NCBI GenBank assembly: GCA_964548205.1
Contig: CAZJPJ010000001.1
Span: 1 to 58,085, forward strand
DNA from: an uncultured Candidatus Saccharibacteria bacterium
Lineage (GTDB): Bacteria; Patescibacteriota; Minisyncoccia; Phycocordibacterales; WO2-35-19
Length of the DNA: 58,085 bases
Reading direction: 5' to 3'
The notes under the pieces: model-generated
The model's input: only the letters and a program-made list of their open reading frames with translations
The model's database searches: none
Told to the model about the DNA's origin: nothing
Program-made: the position numbers and the translations under genes
Shown here: one piece after another, positions 36,710 through 44,686 of the stretch
How the letters are laid out: each line of letters opens with the position of its first letter
How positions within the stretch are numbered: the stretch's first letter is position 1

Positions 36710-37201
36710 TTACATTTTTCTCGAGTCGTAGGCCCAGTGGAGGAGGGCTTGGCGTTGCTTTGTGTGGCAAGAAAGGTCACCTACTCTACAATGCTTGGCT
36801 ATTTGAGCTATGTGTCGGCGCATGGCGAGCCAGCGTTTGATCTGCCCCTCGTCTTCTTTCCCTAGTCGCCTGCCCTGATAGTACTTGCAGTACCACTCGA
36901 ACCAACCATGAGGGTCGCGCTTGTTGATCCAGCCTTTCTTTTGCCAATATTCGTATGGGGTGCTTGCGTTGACGCCGAAAAAATTGAGCGAAGCCAATTT
37001 TTTCGGCTCGCCTGTCTTCTTATCTTTTTCCTCTGAAAGTTTTACTCCCTTCCACCAATCGGCTGGTATAAATTTTGGCTTTAGATTTTTTGCAAATATA
37101 AAATAGGCCCCACCAAACACTCCGAGCCTAAGCATTTGCTTCGGGGTCAGATCAGGCTTGAAGAGTTTGTGCAAGTCGATATCTTTTGAAATCTTTCTCA
37201 T
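36710..37201 (-). CDS. Conserved hypothetical protein (Trp-rich; DPHGWFEWYC..Y.GRR motif)
   Basis: 163-aa ORF; start overlaps the kinase stop (ATGA). Confidence 0.8.
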   Translation of the reverse strand: MRKISKDIDLHKLFKPDLTPKQMLRLGVFGGAYFIFAKNLKPKFIPADWWKGVKLSEEKDKKTGEPKKLASLNFFGVNASTPYEYWQKKGWINKRDPHGWFEWYCKYYQGRRLGKEDEGQIKRWLAMRRHIAQIAKHCRVGDLSCHTKQRQALLHWAYDSRKM

Positions 37202-38850
37202 ATTCTTGAGATGGGCAATTTTAGTATGAAAGTAGCACCCTTCCCTGCCCCTTCAGACTGCACTACTATGTCTCCGCCATGAGCTTCTGCCATCTTTTTT
37301 GCAATATATAGACCGAGGCCAGTACCTGTGACGTTGGTCTTGTGAGCATCTTTTGTTCTAGAGAATTTGGTAAAAAGCTTGTTTACTTCATGTGGGTCTA
37401 TACCTATACCTGTATCTTTGACCATGACTTCGGCAGTATCGTGATCTAGTAGTGTGGACACCTCGATCGAACCCTTGGGAGTGTATTTGATAGCGTTGTC
37501 GATAAGATTACCTATGATCTGCCTTATTTTGCCCTTATCGGCATTGACTGAGAGCCTCTGGTTAGAGAGGTTGGTGTTTAGTATAAGGCCCGCTTTTTCG
37601 ACATTTGGCCTGAGTGAATGAGCTACTTCCTTGGTAAGATCTGAGATGTCGAATATTTCTTTGTTATAAGCCATCCTACCTTGCTCGATGCGAGAGATGT
37701 CTAAAAATTCGTTTACTATATCGATAAGATTTTGGCATGAAGTCATGATCGTTTTGACCGGCTGTCTTACTGTCTGCGATATTTCCCCAAAATCACCTTC
37801 TAATACCATAGAAGAATAGCCTTTGATAGCAGTAAGGGGGCTACGTATCTGGTGTGTGGCAAGAGAAAGAAACTCTGATTTCATCTTATCTAGTTCTGTC
37901 AATCGATCGTTGGCTTTGCTCAAATCTTCTGCCAATTTCTCAATCTTCTCTCTTTGTTGTACCTCTCTTCTGACACTTCTAACTAGTATATAACCAAGAA
38001 TAATTACTAAAACAAGAGTTACACTAGTTATAACTCTTACTCTCTCTATTGTCCTAATAAATAGGATTGCTGAAGTTAGTAGTATTAATATGGCCACAAG
38101 TATTTGTGCTCCCAGGGTTTTAGTTTTGAATGCGTTATATTTCATTATTGAAAAAGCGACAATACCCATAAAAAGTGGCATTCCAAATAATCCAAATTGG
38201 GCATATTCCCAGTTTTCTGTGATACTACCTATTATATTACCTGAGGTGAAAGCCAACAAAAATGTAATTATTCCAATACCAAAAAGAATTTTTTCGCTCA
38301 TTGCGACCTCAGTGTTACTCCTGAGTGAGACCCACAGTATATGCAAAATAATTATAATTATTAATGCTTCTATTCCGTATGAATAATATTTTATAAAGAC
38401 ATGTTCAACTGCATCACAGTATGCTATGTCTATTCCCTGTAATATGAATCTTGTTGGTAGTAAGAAAATTACTGGAAGCGCAAATAAAGAACCTATCATT
38501 TTTATTTTCGTGGGAGGTGTTTTTTTGTATATAAAAGTGTATGTGAGGTATAGAGCAGTTAGATACACTATTATTTCAATTAGGATTTGTACAGCCCAAA
38601 GAAACATTACAACATTGCTTTGGTTTGTAGCCCAAACATGCCAGTCTATTATGACCCACAAGCTAAAAATCATAGCCAAAACACTAAATATCTTTCCAAA
38701 AAGTTTATTACTAGATTTGTATAAAAACAATGCTGTTAATATAGCCGCTGTCAATGATACAAAATGTGAGTATGGTAAAAGAAAGGGTACATTGCTTGAA
38801 AATAATAAGTAGTGTGGAAATTCCCAAGGACAAACAATTGAATCAATCAT
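37198..38850 (-). CDS. Membrane sensor histidine kinase (multi-TM sensor, HisKA, HATPase_c)
   Basis: H-box ATHQIRSPLTAIKGY, N-box NLIDNAIKY, DTGIG, GTGLGL. Confidence 0.93.
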   Translation of the reverse strand: MIDSIVCPWEFPHYLLFSSNVPFLLPYSHFVSLTAAILTALFLYKSSNKLFGKIFSVLAMIFSLWVIIDWHVWATNQSNVVMFLWAVQILIEIIVYLTALYLTYTFIYKKTPPTKIKMIGSLFALPVIFLLPTRFILQGIDIAYCDAVEHVFIKYYSYGIEALIIIIILHILWVSLRSNTEVAMSEKILFGIGIITFLLAFTSGNIIGSITENWEYAQFGLFGMPLFMGIVAFSIMKYNAFKTKTLGAQILVAILILLTSAILFIRTIERVRVITSVTLVLVIILGYILVRSVRREVQQREKIEKLAEDLSKANDRLTELDKMKSEFLSLATHQIRSPLTAIKGYSSMVLEGDFGEISQTVRQPVKTIMTSCQNLIDIVNEFLDISRIEQGRMAYNKEIFDISDLTKEVAHSLRPNVEKAGLILNTNLSNQRLSVNADKGKIRQIIGNLIDNAIKYTPKGSIEVSTLLDHDTAEVMVKDTGIGIDPHEVNKLFTKFSRTKDAHKTNVTGTGLGLYIAKKMAEAHGGDIVVQSEGAGKGATFILKLPISRI

Positions 38851-39688
38851 TTAAATATTTAAATTTTAGTGTTTCAAATCCTCCACCGTAAACATAACTG
38901 ATCTTGCCTCTAATAATATCCCCGGTTACTACATTTTTGGCCTCGATCGGTATTAATACTTTTCCATTCAATGCAGGTGTTTCTTCAAGTGAGAGGTTTT
39001 CATTAAGAACTGTTCTGCTCTCAAGTAAAATTGAATCTACGACCCCATCTTTCTCGATTCTAGATTCAATTATTGTATCTACTTTTTTTCTTAATACTTT
39101 CTTAAAATTGTAGTCGTCATACATTATTTTAGTGCTCATATTCTCAAAAAAATTCTTATATTGAGTATGAATATCCCATAAGTGTAAAATCATAGGCATC
39201 TTTAAGCCATATAATTCATAATTTGATTTACCAAATGTAGCAAAGCTTTGCTGAGCGGTCGGTATGTATACTGTTTTTTCGCTAACATATTTTTTTTTCT
39301 TTAAATTCAGAAGACATTCAATCTGAGATTCGTCGATCATGCCTGTTGTCAACATTTCCATTATTACGATATCAAAATGTGTACCACTTTTTAAATCTAA
39401 TTTCCTTGTGTCTTGTTTAATTATTTTGATTATTTTTGAATACCCGTTTATGTTTATATTATTTTTTGCAGTTTTCGCTATGAATGGATCTAGTTCTACG
39501 GAAAATACTTTTGAAGCTCCCGCTTTTGCAGCAAATAAAGTTAAAATACCTGATCCTGTTCCAGCATCCAAAACAACCGATCTTGGTCCTGTGGCATCTT
39601 TAATTGCCCTTCTAAACATTTCGGTACGCGGTTTGTCTAGCAGACATTGCCCAACCAAATCCATGGAACTAAAAGCTTTATCAGACAT
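38843..39688 (-). CDS. Class I SAM-dependent methyltransferase with PRMT-like architecture
   Basis: DKPRT pre-motif, VLDAGTGSGIL, VELD, E-x8-E loop EMLTTGMIDE, YIP, then a beta-rich C-terminal half. Confidence 0.85.
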   Translation of the reverse strand: MSDKAFSSMDLVGQCLLDKPRTEMFRRAIKDATGPRSVVLDAGTGSGILTLFAAKAGASKVFSVELDPFIAKTAKNNININGYSKIIKIIKQDTRKLDLKSGTHFDIVIMEMLTTGMIDESQIECLLNLKKKKYVSEKTVYIPTAQQSFATFGKSNYELYGLKMPMILHLWDIHTQYKNFFENMSTKIMYDDYNFKKVLRKKVDTIIESRIEKDGVVDSILLESRTVLNENLSLEETPALNGKVLIPIEAKNVVTGDIIRGKISYVYGGGFETLKFKYLND

Positions 39689-39883
39689 AATTCCTAAATT
39701 TTTATCTTATCAGAATATTGATAGGTATTGGCTTCACTATCATACCTAGTATAGTCATTAATTAAAACATATCTATAAAAAGTTATAGCAAGTGATATTG
39801 CCAATGATAAGGAAAAAAAAATTATCCAATATCTGTAAAATTTATCCGACACTGTATGTTATATTGTATCACATAATCAATAT

Positions 39884-40810
39884 ATGCAAAATCTCTTTTG
39901 GACTATCCTTTTTCTGCCGCCCGTATTTTATTCTTTAGGAAATTTGTTAGATAAACGTTTGGTGTCTATCGGTGGTGAGAGGAGTTCTTTAATAATAACT
40001 ACTCTCTCTGCTCTGAGTTCCATCATAGCTCTCCCTGCGATCCTGTTATTTATTGATGTCAGTTCACCAAATCTTACGGACTTTTTGATAATGGCCTTTA
40101 GTGGTTTTTTTACTTCTGTTTCTACTTTTCTCTATCTTGCAGCATTAGAAAGGGATAGTATATATTCTGTCGCGCCAGCTTTGCAGTTAGGTCCTGTATT
40201 TGCTTTTTTGCTCGGCTTTTATTTTCTAAAAGAAAGTATAAGCATAACTCAAGTTGTCGGGGGTCTAGTTGTAATTTTGAGCTCCATCTACCTTACTGTT
40301 AATGTTGAAGTAACTCAAACCGGAAAAAAATTTGATTTTTCAACTTTTCTACTCACCACACTTTCTGCTTTTATGCTATCTGTATCTGCTACATTATTTA
40401 AGTTTATGGCTACTGGTTATGGATATTGGACTGTCCAATTTTTTGAATACATCGGTATAGCCATTGCAGGATTAATTTTGATTGTTTCATCTAAAAAAAT
40501 ACGTGAGAATATCTCTGTTATGATTAGATTTAATAGAAATAGATCAAATTTTTTGGTTCTTTATTTTGCAACTGAGGGGGTTATGATCACAAGTGACCTT
40601 GTTTTAAATTTTGCAACTCTGCTAGCTCCCCTTGTTGTAGTCTTCACTATAAATTCAACCCAGCCTATCTTTCTAGTGGTTTTATCGATCGTCCTCCATT
40701 ATTTCAAACCGTCTTCTGATATAGATATTAATAGTCGTAAAGACAGGGATAAGATACTTTTATTCATCTTTATTATATCTATAGGCTCACTATTGGTTGC
40801 ACTTGGTTAG
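39884..40810 (+). CDS. EamA/DMT family transporter
   Basis: About 10 TM in two repeats; AALERDSIYSVAPAL, FLKESIS. Confidence 0.85.
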   Translation: MQNLFWTILFLPPVFYSLGNLLDKRLVSIGGERSSLIITTLSALSSIIALPAILLFIDVSSPNLTDFLIMAFSGFFTSVSTFLYLAALERDSIYSVAPALQLGPVFAFLLGFYFLKESISITQVVGGLVVILSSIYLTVNVEVTQTGKKFDFSTFLLTTLSAFMLSVSATLFKFMATGYGYWTVQFFEYIGIAIAGLILIVSSKKIRENISVMIRFNRNRSNFLVLYFATEGVMITSDLVLNFATLLAPLVVVFTINSTQPIFLVVLSIVLHYFKPSSDIDINSRKDRDKILLFIFIISIGSLLVALG

Positions 40811-41187
40811 GCTTGATTCTGATATTTCAACCCTCTTTTAATAAAATTTGTTTCAACTTCTTCTAATTGAAATCGATTTTTAAAGAATTCTATTATAAGT
40901 GAGTTGTCCATACCATTTTTGCATGTATAAACATCTGCACTCAGAAAACCTTTTTGAGGGAAAGTGTGAATACTTATATGGCTTTCTGCGATCACCACAA
41001 AACCACTCCATCCTCCTGGGTCTTTTTTATCATTCGCTTTAGCAAAATAGACTTCTGGGTTTGAAAGCTTATTCATTCCTAGTTTTTGTGGTAGATCGTT
41101 GAGGCAAGCAAGTACTAAGTCTTTGTCATTTAGTTTACTTTCTGATCCTCCATAGCCATCTATTGTTAAATGTTCTCCAAAATGCAT
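40807..41187 (-). CDS. speD: SpeD-family pyruvoyl-dependent decarboxylase proenzyme
   Basis: FGEHLTID, VIAE|SHISIHTFP self-cleavage site, DVYTC. Confidence 0.85.
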   Translation of the reverse strand: MHFGEHLTIDGYGGSESKLNDKDLVLACLNDLPQKLGMNKLSNPEVYFAKANDKKDPGGWSGFVVIAESHISIHTFPQKGFLSADVYTCKNGMDNSLIIEFFKNRFQLEEVETNFIKRGLKYQNQA

Positions 41188-41196
41188 AACTGCACG

Positions 41197-41629
41197 CTAT
41201 TTGTTATAAGAAATGTGTTTTCTATATATCAATGATGTAATGGTTCCGTTAATAAGAAAAGTGTACACTGGATATATTATGACAGAAAATGTTTTTTGAT
41301 CAATTGCAAGAACGTTGAATGCATTACTTAGAAAAGTTATTGTCCATGCAAAAGAATCTTCGTTCTTGGGATTTATCCAAGTCTTCTTGATAGTGGGTAA
41401 AGCGCCCAGAAAATCAATAAATATATTTATTAAAAGGGCAATGATTGGGGTGTTGAATTGCCACCACAAAATAAGGCTAAAAAATGATAACGCCGATAGC
41501 AGACCAAATAAACCATGTTGCTCTGTTGGGGCGAGTGGTACCCTTTAGTATTGCGGCTATGTAAAAAATATAGGCAGAAAAAGAGAGAATGCCAGCGATT
41601 ATTCCAAATACACCGGTAAAGCCTAACAT
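41197..41629 (-). pseudogene. Membrane-protein pseudogene with internal deletion and frameshift (paralog of 12186-12791)
   Basis: ATG 41629 gives MLGFTGVFG...TRPNRATWFIWSAIGVIIF*; SLILWWQFNTP...PTIKKTWINP continues in another frame; about 50 aa missing relative to the paralog. Confidence 0.65.
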
Positions 41630-43998
41630 TAAAACTCCTTAAAGGTTGGGTCGACGGCAAAGTATGCGTATATTGTGCCGGCATTTGATACTGTAAAGTT
41701 GCATACTGGATTTGAACCAGAAGCCGCACACAAGCCACCCCACCCTACAAATATTCTTCCAACTGCAGGAGTTGCGGTCATAGTGAGATCTGTATCTTGT
41801 GCAAAGTCTTCAGTACAATCTCCGCCACAATTTATACCAGAAGGAGAGCTTGTAACTGTGCCCTGCCCTGCCTTTATGACATTGATGGTATGGTCCGGTG
41901 GAGAGCCAATATCGATATCAACACTATCTTGGGCAGATAGGGATCCGTTTACACAAGTAAGTGTGTAAGTGCGGCTTGTGGTTAGGTTATTCAGAGTCTG
42001 ATTGCCAGATGTGCCGGTCCAGCTTGTTGGGCTAACACTGCAAGAAGTGGCGTCGGTCGAAGTCCATGTGAAAGTGGCTGATCCTCCGTAAGGAATAGTT
42101 GGAGGGTTGTCTGAACCGTTGGCCTTTATGTCTGCCGTCGGAGTAGCAACCCTCTGGAAGTCTAAGGAAAATCTAGCATCGCCCGTGTTGTCGTAGACTG
42201 AGAAGTATAACTCGTTTTGGCCAGATGGTAGTCCAGTCCCTGAGGTCGACACTGTCCTATAAGTGTGGTCGCTCCACTCCCCTGATGGTGATACGAGTGT
42301 GTAAACACCAGAAAGTCCGGGGTTGACCACAAGATAATGTCCGTCATTTGATCCGCTGGTCAAGTTGTATGCCCCATTAAAATTGTTGAAGCTACCTCTC
42401 CAGAGGATCATAAATCTATCGGTGATACCGTTAGGTCCGCTTGTTCCAAAGTCCTCATCTAGTAAGGATCCACTACTTGGTGTTCCAGATATAGAAGGTC
42501 CGTCAGGGGCTTGCGAGTGGAGTAACCAGCCTGGGTTGTCCCAGTTTGGGGTGTACCCTGGCCACGCTACACCTGGGTCCCAAGCGTATAGACAACCAGT
42601 GAGCTTGTTTACTCCTATGGCAAATGGATCGCAAGGCAACATATCTAATACTTCTACTGTCGTTGTTTCGCTATTGGTAATTCCGCTCCTTGTACAAGCA
42701 AGAGTATAAGTGTTTGTGCCAGCAGTTTGAGCATCTGCAAGCCTATTTTCTGAACCACCACTGGCACTCTTGCTTCCAGACCAAGAACCGCTAGCAGTAC
42801 AAGTAGTTCCACTAGGGTTGGTTGGTGCCCAAGATAAGTCGTAAGACTGACCCCGCAAGACTCTACCACTGTTGCTACCAGTAGGATCAGAAGTAATGTC
42901 AGGCACGTGAACTCTGAGGTTTGGTATAGAAACAGTATTTGCTACAGTGAAGTTGATAAGGGTGCTAGACTGATCAAAGTCAGATTTACAATTTTCGTGC
43001 ATTCTCCATTGGAATGGGTATGTACCTGGAATTGTGGGGGCTGTTATCCGCATAAAGAATGTGTGTACTTCGCCTGGTGAGACAACACTTTTCTCTTGCC
43101 AAGATCCTGAGACGTATTCCTCTAAGTCAATAATGTTTTTTGCTTGAGGCGAGATTCCCACCTGATCTGTAACATTCCAGTCATGACTTCCGATACTGTG
43201 TAAGGAGTATCCATTGTGAGAAGGGCAAGTGGAAACGTCAGTATTAGTGCTCGCATTCCAATTGCTTGTACCGCTGTTTCTGAAAGTTAGCCCTATCATG
43301 TAAGATTGACCTGGGTTGAGAGTGGTAGTCCAAGGTAAAGTGTTAAGCCAAGTGTCATACATGCTGGCAGAAAGGAAAGTAGCATCATTGCCTGGTGTAG
43401 TGCTCGGATCGTCATTGTCTGTACCAGCTCCCGTACCTCCGTAAGGTGCGTAGTTGTAAGTCACAGTACAGTCATTGTTTGTGAAAGAGCTATTGACGTT
43501 GAAGGTGCTTCCAGAACCGGCTATGGCATAAGTTGTGACACCTGCCCCACAGTCGACTGTTACGTTATCAAGATAAGTATAATTACCATTTGAGTCAGTT
43601 GGACCTGCTATGTTGTTGCCAGAACTACCAGGAACTGGGTCTCCTGATACGGTGGCGGTTGTTGTAATTCTAGCATCTGTTCCTCCACTTGGCGCAGCGA
43701 GTCCAATACCGAAGGCGCTACCTGTTTGGGTTCCAGATATTGATCCAGTCGGCCTTGAGACGACTGTTACGTTGTCAATTTCTACTTTTTCTGCTAAAGT
43801 GGTTGTTGTATTACCTGACTGTCCAGCTTGTGTGCCGCCTGTTGGAGCATTAGTTATGATTGTTACTGTAGGTACCGGTAAGTTTGCGAAGGGGTTTCCA
43901 AAATCGACAATAGCAAATACTGTATCTGTGAATATTGGAGAGACGACAAGTATTGCAGTTACTGCAATATAGAACGGCATTTTTTTTCTAAAAGTCAT
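41629..43998 (-). CDS. Large secreted surface protein (Thr/Gly/Ser-rich; NBR1-like Ig, PA14-like and PKD-like segments, C-terminal Cys-containing beta repeat)
   Basis: Signal peptide; FRNSGTSNW...APTIPGTYPFQWRM; DRFMILWRG...SNDG; GTVTSSPSGINCGGDC...ATP...FVGWGGLC. Confidence 0.78.
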   Translation of the reverse strand: MTFRKKMPFYIAVTAILVVSPIFTDTVFAIVDFGNPFANLPVPTVTIITNAPTGGTQAGQSGNTTTTLAEKVEIDNVTVVSRPTGSISGTQTGSAFGIGLAAPSGGTDARITTTATVSGDPVPGSSGNNIAGPTDSNGNYTYLDNVTVDCGAGVTTYAIAGSGSTFNVNSSFTNNDCTVTYNYAPYGGTGAGTDNDDPSTTPGNDATFLSASMYDTWLNTLPWTTTLNPGQSYMIGLTFRNSGTSNWNASTNTDVSTCPSHNGYSLHSIGSHDWNVTDQVGISPQAKNIIDLEEYVSGSWQEKSVVSPGEVHTFFMRITAPTIPGTYPFQWRMHENCKSDFDQSSTLINFTVANTVSIPNLRVHVPDITSDPTGSNSGRVLRGQSYDLSWAPTNPSGTTCTASGSWSGSKSASGGSENRLADAQTAGTNTYTLACTRSGITNSETTTVEVLDMLPCDPFAIGVNKLTGCLYAWDPGVAWPGYTPNWDNPGWLLHSQAPDGPSISGTPSSGSLLDEDFGTSGPNGITDRFMILWRGSFNNFNGAYNLTSGSNDGHYLVVNPGLSGVYTLVSPSGEWSDHTYRTVSTSGTGLPSGQNELYFSVYDNTGDARFSLDFQRVATPTADIKANGSDNPPTIPYGGSATFTWTSTDATSCSVSPTSWTGTSGNQTLNNLTTSRTYTLTCVNGSLSAQDSVDIDIGSPPDHTINVIKAGQGTVTSSPSGINCGGDCTEDFAQDTDLTMTATPAVGRIFVGWGGLCAASGSNPVCNFTVSNAGTIYAYFAVDPTFKEF

Positions 43999-43999
43999 A

Positions 44000-44503
44000 C
44001 TATTTTTTTATAAGAGTGTTAGTTATACCCAATATATATATCCTCGACCCTTCTCCTTCCATGTCTTCTACTCTATAGACAAGAGTCTCACCTATGCGGT
44101 TTTTCATCTTGAGGACACTGTGGTCGTTGTAGGTATTTGACCCTGCTATGGCTACCCAGCCATCTTGTTGTCTTGGTCTGTAGATTTCGTCTAGGAGCTC
44201 TTTTCTATTTTTATCTGAAGTATAAGACACTCCTTCGGCGTCTGGTACTTCATATGACTTGATGTCGTACTCGGCTAGGTGCTGTGGTGTCGGAACGTAT
44301 CGCTCATAACTGCTCCCTTCGTTTGCTCTGCTCAGAAAATATTCTGGCAGGTCTTCTACTTGGGATTCTAGACTTTTGTTGGCCATATATTTATAACCAA
44401 AGAACAGCCCCAGAGCTACAAGGATGAGGATTATAAATACAAACAAAGCAGAAAAGCCCTTCTGCCCGTTTGTTTGTTGAGTGGAATATGAGTTCATTTG
44501 CAT
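44000..44503 (-). CDS. Pilin-like membrane-anchored protein
   Basis: GQKG|FSALFVFIILILVALGLFFGY prepilin-like N-terminus, no Glu at +5. Confidence 0.6.
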   Translation of the reverse strand: MQMNSYSTQQTNGQKGFSALFVFIILILVALGLFFGYKYMANKSLESQVEDLPEYFLSRANEGSSYERYVPTPQHLAEYDIKSYEVPDAEGVSYTSDKNRKELLDEIYRPRQQDGWVAIAGSNTYNDHSVLKMKNRIGETLVYRVEDMEGEGSRIYILGITNTLIKK

Positions 44504-44567
44504 ATTTATTGTAACAAAGTCTGCCCTTGACCTTGTAGTAGATTGTGTGGATAAGGGGTGCAGACTC

Positions 44568-44596
44568 TTGATTTTTTATCAAAAGTAGTTTATTAT
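44568..44596 (+). promoter_or_regulatory. Putative sigma70 promoter
   Basis: TTGATT-17 nt-TATTAT; AGGAG before ATG 44687. Confidence 0.5.
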
Positions 44597-44686
44597 GCGA
44601 CCAGAAATCGAGCCACTACCCTACTGCTTTGAGTGTGGGGAAAATAGGGCTTGAAAACGTTTTTTGAAAAAAGAGGAGAAAAACCC

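Noticed and set aside
39290-39298. A9 tract in the methyltransferase as a slippage switch
   Set aside because: ORF is intact, the tract encodes a Lys run in very AT-rich sequence, and no alternative frame carries recognisable sequence
39794-39833. Nested inverted repeat GATATTG/CAATATC in the MTase-EamA divergent region
   Set aside because: Short, AT-rich and bulged; cannot be told from chance without comparative data
41430-41738. 102-aa minus-strand ORF
   Set aside because: Out-of-frame overlap of the surface-protein end and the pseudogene
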